Shown in pieces: positions 41,898 through 54,650 of a DNA stretch of 64,000 nucleotides. The number at the start of each line of letters is the position of its first letter. Positions within the stretch are counted from its first letter, which is position 1. Both the position numbers and the translations under genes were made by a program. Source of the stretch: the human T2T-CHM13v2.0 reference genome, Homo sapiens; NCBI RefSeq assembly GCF_009914755.1, contig NC_060925.1. One strand, 5' to 3'. The notes beneath the pieces were generated by a model. It was not told the DNA's origin, searched no databases, and worked only from the letters and a program-made list of their open reading frames with translations.

Positions 41898-44512
41898 ATT
41901 ATTACAAATAATTATTACAAATATCAGAGCGATGATATTTCATTTACATCACAGTGTGTACACACAGAGGGGATGTTATAAAAATATCAGAGCAATGATG
42001 CTTCATTAATATCATAGTGTGTACACACACACTGGATGTTATGGAAATATCAGAGCAATGATATTTCCTTAATATCACAGTGTGTACTCACACTGGATGA
42101 ATAGATGTATCAGAGTGATGATGTTTCCTTAATAACACAGTGTGTACAAACACACTAGATATTATAGAAATAGCAGACGGATTCTATTTCATTAATATGA
42201 TATTTCATTAATATCACAGTGTGTATACACTGGATATAATGGAAATATCAGAGTGATGATATTTCCTTAATATCACAGTGTGTACACACACACTGGTTGT
42301 TACAGACAAATGAGAGTGATGATATTTTCTTAATATCACAGACTGTATGCACACACTAAATGTTACAGACAAATCAGAGCGATGACATTTCATTAATATC
42401 AGAGGCTGTAAATACGGAATATTATAGAAATATCAGAAATATAGTATGTAATACTGAATATTATAGAAATACCAGAGCGATGATATTTCACTAATACCAC
42501 AGGGTGTAAACACTGGATATTATAAAACTATGAGAGCGATGATATTTCATTAATATCATGGTGTGTAAACACTGAATACTATGGAAATATCAGAGTGATG
42601 ATGTTTCATTATTATCACAGTGCTTACATTTACAATTACAAATACTGGATATTATAGAAATATCAGAGCCATGATATTTTATTAATATGACAGCATGTAA
42701 ACACTGGTTATTAAAGAAATATCAGAGTGATAATGTTTCATTAATTTCACAGTGTGTAAACACTGTATGTAACCACCGGATAATATAAAAATATCAGAGC
42801 GATTATATGTCATTAATATCACAGTGTGTAAACACAGGATATCATAGAATATCAGAGGGATGATATTTCTATAATATCTACAGTTGTTAATGTCACAGTG
42901 TGACAACTGTAGATATTATAGAAATATCAGTGATGATAGTTTATTAATATCACAATGTACATGTACTGTGTGTAAACACAGGATATTTTAGAAATATCAG
43001 AGCAATGATATTACGTTAATATCACAGTGGGTAAACAGTGTGTGTAACCACTAGATTTTATAGAAAATAGGTGCGATGATATTTCATTAATATCACAGTG
43101 TGTAAACACTGAATAGTATGGAAATATCGGAGCAATGTTATTTCATTATTATCACAGTGTGTAAAAACTGTGTAAACACTGGATATTATAGAAGTATCAG
43201 AGCGAAGATATTACATTAATATCAATGTATAAACACTAAATGTTAAATAAATATCATAGCAATGATATTTCATTAATATCACAGTGTGTAAACTGTGTGT
43301 AAGCACTGGATATTATAGAAATATGAGAGCGATGTTATTTCAGTAATATCACAGTGTGTAAACACAGGATGTTATAGAAATAACAGAGTGATGGTGTTTC
43401 TTTAATGTCACACAGTGGGCAAACACTGAACGTTATAGAACTATCAAAGTGATATTTCATAAATATCATCAAAGTGTGTAAACACTGGATATAATAGAAA
43501 TATCAGAGCGATGATATTTCTTTTCTTTTTTTTATTATACTTTAAGTTTTAGGGTACATGTGCACAATATGCAGGTGAGTTACATATGTATACATGTGCC
43601 ATGTTGGTGTGCTGCACCCATTAACTCGTCATTTAACATTAGGTTATATCTCCTAATGCTATCCCTCCCCCTCCCCCCACCCCACAACAGGCCCCGGTGT
43701 GTGATGTTCCCCTTCCTGTGTCCATGTGTTCTCATTGTTCAATTCCCACCTATGAGTGAGAACATGTGGTGTTTGGTTTTTTGTCCTTGCGATAGTTTGC
43801 TGAGAATCAGAGAAATGCGAATCAAAACCACAATGAGATACCATCTCACACCAGTTAGAATGGCGATCATTAAAAAGTCAGGAAACAACAGGTGCTGGAG
43901 AGGATGTGGAGAAATAGGAACACTTTTACACTGTTGGTGGGACTGTAAACTAGTTCAACCATTGTGGAAGTCAGTGTGGCGATTCCTCAGGGATCTAGAA
44001 CTAGAAATACCATTTGACCCAGCAATCCCATTACTGGGTATATACCCAAAGGATTATAAATCATGCTGCTATAAAGACACATGCACACATATGTTTATTG
44101 CGGCATGATTCACACAATAGCAAAGACTTGGAATCAAACCAAATGTCCAACAATGATAGACTAGATTAAGAAAATGTGGCACATATACACCATGAAATAC
44201 TATGCAGCCATAAAAAATGATGAGTTCATGTCCTTTGTAGGAACATGGATGAAGCAGAGCGATGATATTTCGTTAATATCACAGTGGACAAACATTGTAT
44301 GTAATCACCGAATATTATAGAAATATCAGAGGGATGATATTTCATTAATATCACAGTGTATTAACATTGGGTGTAACACCTGGATTATAGAGAAATATCA
44401 AAGTGACGTTATTTCATTAATATCACAGTGTGTAAACGCTAGATATTATAGAAATATCACAGCTATGTTATTTCATTAATATCACAGTGTGTACACCCTG
44501 GATATTTTAGGA
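41898..44512 (+). repeat. satellite domain B (~59 bp variant unit), interrupted by L1
   Basis: Tandem gatatttcattaatatcacagtgtgtaaacactggatattatagaaatatcagagcgat. Confidence 0.9.
43521..44254 (-). mobile_element. young L1PA, 5'-truncated with 5' inversion
   Basis: Minus-strand 3'UTR 43521-43807, plus-strand ORF2 end 43808-44254; 17-bp TSD cagagcgatgatatttc. Confidence 0.95.
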
Positions 44513-44515
44513 ATT

Positions 44516-46154
44516 TGATATTAGGAGTAGTATATCGCCCTTAGATATTATGAATAATACAACAGTGGGTGTACACAGAGGGAGTACACCCACTGTGATA
44601 TTAGGAGTCATACATCTCCCAAAAATATTATGAATAAAATCACAGGGATTACACAGGGGGTGTACTCCCTCTGTGTACACCCACAGTTGTATTATTTGTA
44701 ATATCTAAGGGAGTTATACTACTAATATCACATGGGGTGTACTCCCTCTGTGTACACCCACTGTTGTATTATTTGTAATGTCTAAGGGAGTTATACTACT
44801 AATATCACACAGGTTGTACTCCCTCTGTGTACGCCCCGTGTGATATTAAGAGTAACATATCTCCCTTAGATATTATGAATAATATCACAGGGGGTGAACA
44901 CACATGGAGAACACCCTCGGTGGTATTAGAAGTCATATATCTCCCTTAGATATTACAAATAATATCACAGGGTGTATACCCCCTGTGATATTAGGAGTAA
45001 TCTGTCTCCCTGAGATATTACCAATAATATCACAGGGTTAACACCCACTCTGATATTAAGAGTCATGTATCATCTCCTTTAGATATTATGAATAATATCA
45101 CAGGCCATACACCCTCTGTGATATTAGGAGAAATATATCCTCTCCCTTATATATTAATCCTAATATCACAGGGTTTACATTCCCTGTGATATTAGGAGTA
45201 ATATATCATCTCCCTTAGATATTATGAATAATATCAAAGGGCGTCCATCCACTGTGATATTAGGAGTAATATCTCCCTTAGATATTACAAATAATATCAC
45301 AGGGTGTACACCCACTGTGATATTAGCAGTAATATCTCCCTTAGATATTAGGAATAATATCACAAGATGTACATTCACTGTACTCTCATGAGTTATATAT
45401 ATCTCTCTTAGATATAATGAATAATATCACAGGGTGTACACCAACTGTGATCTTAGGAATAATATATCTCCCTTAAATCTTATGAATAACATCACAGGGT
45501 GGACTGTGATTTTAGGAGTAATGTATCTCGCTTAGATATTATATATATATCTTAGATATTATGAATAATATCACCGGGTGTACACTCCCTGTGATATTAG
45601 GAGTAATATATCTCCGTTAGATACTACAAATAATATCACAGAGGGTAGACATTGGATGTATGCTCCCTGTGATATTAGGAGTAATATATCATCTCCCTTA
45701 GATATTATGAATAATATCACAGGATATACACTTCCTGTTATATTAGGAGTAATATATCATCTCTCTTAGATATTATGAATGATATCACAGGGTGTACACA
45801 CAAGGTGTACACCTCCTGTGATATTAGGAGCAATACATCTCCCTTAGATATTATGATTAATATCATAGGGTGTATACACAGGGTGTACACCCACTGTGAT
45901 ATTAGGAGTAATATATCTCTTTTAGATAGTATGAATAATATCACAGGGTGTACACTCCCTGTGATATTACAAGTAATATATCATCTCCCTTAGATATCAT
46001 GAATAATATCACAGGGGGTATACCCCCTGTGATATTAGGAGCAATATATCTCCCTTAGATATTAGGAGCAACATATCTCCCTTAGATATTACAAATAATA
46101 TCACAGGGTGTACACCCCCTGTGATATTAAGAGTAATGTATCTCCCTTAGATAT
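44516..46154 (-). repeat. satellite domain C: domain-A-type units in inverted orientation
   Basis: Tandem gatattaggagtaatat(atc)atctcccttagatattatgaataatatcacagggtgtacacc, the reverse complement of the A unit. Confidence 0.9.
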
Positions 46155-47215
46155 ATCTATAACATCCAGGTTGTTTTCTGCCGTCCTTGCCTGGTGATGC
46201 TACTTCGCTTGAAAGATGCAGATGGGGTTTCTTCTTCCCTGGCAAGAATTCCTCAATGCTCATTCTCACAACCCAATCTCACTGGGAGACCTCTGGTGCG
46301 ATGTGGCCATATTGTGAGTTCAGCTCAAGGTTCTGGGACCCGGCTGGTTCACCAAATTTCATTCCTTTTAGATTGTGGGCATCCCTTCAGGCTGTTAGTG
46401 CCCTCTGCTTCCTGTTGTGCTCCTGCTACAGCCCGCTGTGGAAAGTCTGCTCTGCTCCCCAGTGAGAATTAGCACTGCAAACAGTTTGACATGCACCCTC
46501 CAGTCTTCTGTGCATTTCCACATGTAGTATAAACAAGAGTGGAATTTGGGTTTTTCTTTCTTTCTTTTTTTTTTTAATACAAGTGAGTTTATACTACAAA
46601 TTATTTGGCTTTATGTCTCCCTGCCTCCCTCCCTCCCTCCCTCTTTCTCCCACTACCCTCAGCCAAATAGATATTTATAGACAGTTATCTTGATCCTCTA
46701 TGGGTCTATAAAACAGCGAATTTGCACTCAAATACTTCGTACCTCTGTAGAACAAATCCATCTGCTGCAGATCAACCACTCAGTTTGTTGAGGATTCATT
46801 CATTACATAGCCTTGTAAAAATTCTCCTTTTTATTACCATAGACATAAATAACCCACCACAAGGGTGCTGGAAAATGATTTTTAGAACCAACATGGAGTA
46901 AGGGGCACCATTCTGAACGTAATGCCTGGGCCCTAGATTTCTATTAATAGCTCTATCTGCTCAGCTCCTGTCTGGCGCTTGACCCTGAACTCCTGCTTGG
47001 CTTCTGTCTGGCAGACAGGCCCTGACTTAGTGCAGGAGGAAACTTGTTGAAGAAGCATCTCCACCTTTGCACACACTCACCTTGGAAAGACATAAAAATG
47101 GATTACACAGTAAGGCCGTGGGGTGGGGTTCTCTTGGCAGATCCAAGTTTCTGTGAACAACTAACGTTTATTCAACATTTACTGTGTGCCAGGACTGTAC
47201 AGTGCTTTACATGTA

Positions 47216-47921
47216 CAGTCACCCCTCTGTATCATGGGTTTCACATCTACAGATTCAACCCACTGAGGATTGAAAAGATTTTTTAAAAAAATGGGTGGTT
47301 GCATCTGTACTGAACACCTGCAGACTTTTTTTCTTGTCATTATTCCCTAAACAATATAGTATTATAGTATAATAACAGCAATTTTTGTAGGTTTTTTTTT
47401 TTTTGTTGTTGTTGTTTCGAGTCAGGGTCTTGTTCTGTCACCCAGACTGGAGTGCAGTGGTGTGATCACGGCTTAGTGAAGCCTTGACTTCCCAGGGTTA
47501 AGTAATCCTCCCACCTCAGCCTCTTGAGTAGGTGGAACTACAGTTGTATGCCACCATGACCAGATAATAATCATTACTGTTTTTGTAGAGATGGGGTCTC
47601 ACTATGTTGCCTAAGCTGGTCTTTAACCCCTGGGCTCAAGTAATCCTTCTGCCTCGACCTCCCAAAGTGCTGGGATTACTGGCATGAGTCACTGTGCTTG
47701 GTCCAGTATAACAACTACTTACATAGCATTGCATCAGGTATTGTAAGTAATCTAGAGATGATTTAAAGTATACAGGAGGATGTGAATAGGTTACATGCAA
47801 ATATATGGCACAATTTTATATCAGGGACTTGAGCATCCGTGGGTTTTGGTATTTGTTGGGGGTAGTAGGGGAGGTGGTAGTGTCCTGGAATCAATCCCCC
47901 GTGGATACTGTGGGATGATTG
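47216..47921. mobile_element. MER2 (Tigger-derived) inside MIR, interrupted by Alu
   Basis: ta|cagtcacccctctgtatc...gattcaacc; agggacttgagcatccgtgg...ggatactgtgggatgattg. Confidence 0.85.
47393..47705 (-). mobile_element. AluJ
   Basis: Reverse dimer; flanking agtataa(t/c)aac. Confidence 0.9.
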
Positions 47922-49316
47922 TGTTAGCTCAGTTCCCCCAACCTTTTGAAGTGGGTTCATTAATCTCCATCCTTCACATATAAGGAAAATGAGGCTCAAA
48001 AAGATTGAGCCACTTGCCCCAGGACACACAGCTAAGTGTGGAGTGGGGATTTGATTTGGGGCAGTCAGACTTCAGATCCTGTGCTGTCACAGAAAGTGTC
48101 GCCTGTAAATGTAATGAAGATTTAGTGAAGAATCACCCACATCTCAGACATTGTGTGAAAAACTTGAATTCATTGATGGCTTTAATGGCCCTTCTTTCCT
48201 TGTTCAGGATGACACTGTTTAAAGATTCTAGGAACTCATCCTTTTAGAGGCCCCTAACCTGCACAATAAAAAAAATAAAATGCTATATTAAATGTAACTT
48301 TTTCTTCTATAAGTATTTTGGAAGACTTTTAACAAATAACAATTTTGCCTTTGAAATGATCAGGCTATGAACAACTTCTTTAATTTTCAATTCCTGTGAT
48401 TTCTCACCCACACTTGGAATTCTTGTGAAGTAAGGAAGCCTAACCTACAGATTGTTTGCAAATGTAATGAAATACTTATGAATATTAATTTAACAAACAA
48501 GGTTGGCATAACGTTACTTTTGGTAGAGATTTCATTAAAAGTTATCGATTATGAATTAGCAATGTTCCTTTTAGAGTTTTGAGCTAATCCTTTTTTTTTC
48601 CTCGGTCTCAAACCTTTCCCTTGCCCTTGACTGACTTTGTAGGTTCCGCACTGCGGCTGTGGGACCTAATGAATGAAATGGCCATGCTCCCGGTCATCCT
48701 CCATGGTTCCTTGTTTCCTACAGCTGGCAGAATATTGACTCCCACCAGTTAGATGGTTGTAAAGACCTTCCTGCCGCAGCCGGCTTTACTCACTGGCTGC
48801 TGGGGTTTTTTACAGGCGGAGCTGAGTGAAGACTGCTGAGGAAGGGTCGTACATTACAGCTGGCATGGTATATTGATGTTGTCTCAAAGTGCTCTCATTT
48901 ACTTGTTTCAATTCTTTGCCTGCAGGCATAGGACATCCAGTTTGTTTCCTGGGACAACAGAGAACCTGCCATGCCTATAGCTTGGTTTTCCTATCTTTTT
49001 TTTTTTTTTTATCACTTGTTCTTGCTTGGTGATGGTGTCTGTCTATTTCACATGTGGTTTACTAGGTAATCTGGAATAGCATAGTTAAGAATCAGCTTGG
49101 ATTCTCATCCTGTCTGTGGTACTTACTGTATGACCTTAGGCAAACCACTTAACCTCTCTAAGCCTCCATTTCTGGTTAGTAAAATGATAGTAATAGTACC
49201 CGCTTCATAGATTCTATTCCAAACTGGCTGGCTTTGTGTTCTTTGGAGCTGGCAGCTGTTTAAACCTTACTTTCTTCCATAGATTCCCTCAAACACTTTT
49301 GCTGGACCCTCTAGGC

Positions 49317-49653
49317 CAGCAATTCCCAACCTTTTTGGTACCAGGGACTGGTTTCATGGAAGATAATCTTTCCATGGATGGGGCAGGGTGTATGGTTTCA
49401 GGATGAAACTGTTCCACTTCAGATCATCAGGCGTTAGATTCTCATGAGGAATGTACAACCCAGATCCCTTGCATGCGCAGTTCACGAAAGGATTCACGCT
49501 CCTGTGAGTATCTAATGCTGCCACTGATCTGACAGGAGGCAGAGCTCAGGCAGTAGTGCTCTCTCACCCACTGCTCACCTCCTGCTGTGTGGCCTGGTTC
49601 CTAACACGCCACGGACCGGTACCAGTCAGTGGCCTGCGGGTTGGGGATCCCTG
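49317..49653. mobile_element. MER1B hAT element
   Basis: cagcaattcccaacctttttgg...ggttggggatccctg; 8-bp TSD (c/g)tctaggc. Confidence 0.9.
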
Positions 49654-49864
49654 GTCTAGGCAGCAGCTCCCTGGTATAAAATTGCTCTCTAGACCTTGTG
49701 TCCCAAAGACAACCCTCCCCTTTGCTGTTTCACTTTCTCAGGCATGAATCTGAGGAGCTCCTGGACTACAAGGAGCACATTTCAGGCTCTCTGAGCAGCC
49801 TTGGTGAAGGACCCATTCTCAAACAGGCTTGAAGAGAGAGGGAAGCACTCTGCAGCCTCCCCTC

Positions 49865-50177
<313 letters not shown>

Positions 50178-50254
50178 TAGAAGGAGTCTTACAATAGTGC
50201 TTTCTTCAAAGAAAACCCCCTCACAAAATCCTCTCTCTGTCTTTACTCCCTTGA

Positions 50255-50586
<332 letters not shown>

Positions 50587-50859
50587 TAACTGTCTACTTT
50601 GAGAATTCCTTCAGTGGGATATGTTCATACTCATTTTGGTATCTAGCACCTTTCACATCTTAGTGCCTCCACCCTGGCACATACACATAATCCTATTCAG
50701 TCCTTACCACAGTCATCTGTAGAAAGTTCTATATCATTATCCCCATTTTACAGATAAAGGAAAAGGCTTAGAAGAGTTAATTGACTTGTTCGTGGTCTCA
50801 CCACTAAGAGGAAGAGCTAGGATGAGAACCCAATTTAGTGACTTCAAACAACCATTCGA

Positions 50860-51580
50860 ACTGCTCAGAAATATGTGGGTAAACCATTTGGCCTGGGCTC
50901 AGCTGGGGAGTTCTTCTGCCAGTCTTGCCTGGAGTCACTCATGTGGCTGTAGCCATCTGATGGCTGGATTGGGGTCAACGATATAAGATGGCCCCACTCA
51001 CCTGCCTGATGATAACTGGTGCTGGCTATCAGCTGGACCTCTCTTTTCATGTGTTCTTCTATCTTCAAGGAGGCCATGCTCAGCTTCCCCACATGGAGGT
51101 CTCAGGGTTCCAAGAGGACTAGAGCAAAATTTGCAAATGTCTTGAGGTCTTGGCTTGGAAGTCCCAAAGTGTCATTTTCACCACATACTATTGGTCAAAG
51201 CAAGTCCCAGGCTTGCTCAGATTCAAGAGGTGGGGAACGATGGAATACCAAGCAGGGAAGTGATTGGCAGTGGGAGAACAACTCCTGGGTGCAGACAGTA
51301 AGAGGGTGCATTTTCTGTAGAGAATTGAAAAGCAATAATAAAACTAATGAAAAGTTGGTTGCTTTTTATTTTATTATCACTGTGTGCTAGCAATTCTAAA
51401 CAATGCAATAAAATTCTCTTCCCCACTGGAGTAAACTGCTCCCACCACTCCTCCTCCTTAGTCAGTCCCTAGTGGGGAAAAAGTCCCCACCCCTTGATGG
51501 GAGTGGTGACAAAGTCACATTGCAAAGGGGCACATGCACTGGGTTGGGAAGAATTATTACAGCCCACTTTGTAAGCAGTC
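50860..51580 (-). mobile_element. MLT1 LTR fragments
   Basis: gcctgggctcagctgggg...aagatggccccactcac...ctattggtcaaagcaagtc. Confidence 0.6.
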
Positions 51581-52205
51581 ACAGGGGAGAGATGTGGGGA
51601 GAGAGACTGTGAAACGAGGACACCTTTTCCTACTTCACATTTTCATTTAGACCAAATGCTGCAACTTCTGAAGGATGGCAGTATCATTTTCAGCTTTTTA
51701 AAGTCAGTTAATTATATTGCTGTGAACTAGTAAAATAATTAATAAATGTTAACATCTGCATGTCGTTTTAATTAAGAAATAAATGTATTTGAGTGAAAAA
51801 GTGCCTGCCAGCTTACCCATTAATTATCAGAGTACTTAAAAGCACGCTTTGCAAACTGGTACCTAAAGTACGTTGGTAAAATTAGTCCTCAATCATCTTT
51901 TGCCAACATGAGTCACAGTGTTTCATCTTTCCTTGCAATTCAAACTGCCAGCCAGGTGAAGGGAAGGGAATCTTTGCCTGCTAGGAAGAGGCAGAGTAAT
52001 TTCTACCCTTTCTATACTGTTTGGGTTCTAGGCAGACAGTTTTGCTTCAGAGGATGTTTCTATTAATAATACCTTCTGTTTCCCACTTCTTTTGTTTTAA
52101 AAAAATGATAAACATGGTTTATCGTGTGATGAAACTAACTCATTTGTGATTAGTCTTCTATGTTTTGCTGGGTTTTTCACTTATTCTCTGTTACACTAAG
52201 CTTTT

Positions 52206-52480
52206 AGGTCTTGCTCCGTCACCCAGGCTGGAGTGTGGTGGCCCTATCGTAGCTCATTGTAACCCTGTACTCATGGGCTCGAGGGATCCTCCTGCCTCAG
52301 CCTTCCAAGTAGTTAGAACTACAGGCACATGCCACCATGACTGGCTAGTGTTTTTATTTTTAAAATTTTTGTAGAGATGGGGTGTCACTGTGTTGCCCAG
52401 GCTGATCTCCAACTCCTAACCTCAAGCAATACTCCCACATTGGCCTCCCAATGTGCTGGGATTATAGGCATGAGCCACTA
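52206..52480 (-). mobile_element. AluJ
   Basis: Reverse diverged dimer. Confidence 0.88.
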
Positions 52481-52509
52481 CATCTGTAATTTTTTTAAAA
52501 AAGAATTCC

Positions 52510-54290
52510 TTTTAAAAAACATTGAGAAATATAACACAATTAAGATAAATGCATAAAATGTGTTAGTAAAGTTTTTTTGAATTATTATAAAGCAAACACT
52601 CAGGGCAAAAATAGTCTACTGCTAGCATTCCAGTAGGCCCTGCATACCCCTCCCCAGTTATACTCTTTCCCTCTCCCTAAAGGTAACCACTATCCTGGTC
52701 TTCATGGTTATCATGTCTTTGCATTTTTTTCCAATAGTTTTACCACCTAAGTATGAATCCCTAAATATGATATTTTAGTTTCAACTATTTTTGAACTTTA
52801 TATATTTATAACTTTATATAATCATAGAATATGTGTCACTCAGCATTGTATTTGTGAAATTTATCTATATTGTTGGGTGTAGTTTTGATGCATTACTTTT
52901 CACTATGGTATGCCATAGAATGAATATGACCACAGTTTTACTGCTGGACATTTGCTTCATATTAATAATAGTGAGTAATGCTGCTATGAACATTCTTGGG
53001 CATGGCTTTTCATGTGTATATCCTATATTATGTAAAACCACTTCTAGGCACTTCCATACCTAGGAGTGGAATTTCTGGGTCACAGGATGAGCAATATTGA
53101 GTGGTAGATTTTGCAAACAGTTTTCCAAAGTGGTGGAATCATTTTACACACTCTTCAGTAGCACATAGGAACTTCTATTGCTCCTCATTCTTTTCAGCAC
53201 TTTGTGTTATCTTTTAATCAGGACCCTCCAACCCCTGGTACCACTCTGTGGCCTGTTAGGAACCGGGCCCCACAGCAGGAGGCGAGCAGTGGGTGAGCAA
53301 GTGCAGTTTCATCTGCATTTAGAGCTGCTCCCCGTTGCTTGCATTACCACCTAAGCTCCGCCTCCTTTCAGATCAGTGGTGGCATTAGATTCTCATAGGA
53401 GCGTGAACCCTATTGTGAGCTGTGCATGCAAGAGATCTAGGTTACATGCTCCTTATGAAAATCTAATGCCTGATGATCTGTCACTGTCTCCCATCACCCC
53501 CAGATGGCACCATCTAGTTGCAGGAAAAGAAGCTCAGGGCTCCCACGGATTCTACATTATGGTGAGTTGAATAATTACTTCATGATATATTACAATGTAA
53601 TAATAGAAATAAAGTGCACAATAAGAGTAATGCACTTGAATCATCCTGAAACCATTCCCCTGGGTCTGTGGGAAAATTGTCTTCCATGAAACCGTCCCTG
53701 GTGCCAAAAAGTTTGGAGACCACTGTTTTAGATTTTAACCATTCAGGTGTCTGTTGAATGTATCTCGTTGTGATTTCAATTTGCATTTCCCTCGTGATTA
53801 ATGATATTCAGCACCTATATATGTTTACTGGCCATTTGCATGGCCTCTTTTGTGGAATACCAGTTTGAGTTTCTTACCCTTTGTTCTACTGGGTTCTCTG
53901 TTATTTTGCTTTTGATTAACTTTTACCAGTTTTTAATATAGTCTGGTTATGAGCCTCTTAGTTATATGTATTAAAATGACACTTTCCCACTTTTGTTTGT
54001 CTTTTCACTCTTCTACTTATCAAAACAGAAGCTCTTAATTTTGGTAAATAAAAATTCTTAACTTTAATGTATTCTAGTGCATCTCTCTTTTCCTTTATGG
54101 TTTACAGATTTCCTTTCTCAGTCATGAATTTTCCTATATATAATTTTCTAAAAGTTTTATCATTTCAAACTTAGATCTACAATCCACCCAGAGCTGATTT
54201 TTGTGAATGGCATGAGAGGGAGTCAAGTTTCAGTTTTTGCCTTTGTCTATCCGTTTCACTTAGTACTTGAGAAGCTATCTTTTCCTCATT
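52510..54290 (-). mobile_element. old L1M, interrupted by MER1A
   Basis: atgctgctatgaacatt...acctaggagtggaattt...ttgcatttccctcgtgattaatga. Confidence 0.8.
53219..53725. mobile_element. MER1A hAT element
   Basis: cagg...ccaacccctgg...ggcctgttaggaacc...gtgccaaaaagtttggagaccactg. Confidence 0.9.
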
Positions 54291-54299
54291 ACTCTGATC

Positions 54300-54650
54300 T
54301 TTATGCTGGGGCCACACTTTCCCTGAGCTGCGTCTGTCCCTCATTGACATGTTGAAGGTACTAAAGCTGGGCCAATTCTGCTCGATGTGGCCTCTTCTAA
54401 TGGGAACCTGGGCTTAGATACTACCCGTCAGCCAAACGAGACTTTCTTAGAACTGCAGTGTGGTCTGAGGATCTTCCTACCAGTCTTCTTTCCCTCTTGT
54501 CAATGGTGTCAGACAAGTGTGGTCTGAAGGCTCCCTCTGCCTATGCATGCTCTCTCCCTCTCTATCCTGCCCAAGTATCTCCCCCAACAAGTATCTTGCA
54601 TGTCTGGTTCATGTTAACATCAGCTTATTGGAGGACCTGAGCTCACATAG
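54300..54650 (+). mobile_element. LTR16-like fragment
   Basis: gagactttcttagaactgc...tctgaaggctccctctgcc...tcttgcatgtctggttc. Confidence 0.55.

Noticed and set aside
43560-44108. 182-aa ORF, the longest in the window
   Set aside because: Chimera of antisense L1 3'UTR and L1 ORF2 C-terminus across the inversion junction.
40043-46154. CRISPR-like array (palindromic repeats at regular spacing)
   Set aside because: The intervening sequences are themselves repeated rather than unique spacers, there are no cas genes, and the context is primate DNA.
40020-46180. Target-site duplication or true TIR ends around the satellite
   Set aside because: Left (gccagaaattc) and right (tatctataacatcc) flanks do not match, so a transposon call is unsupported.
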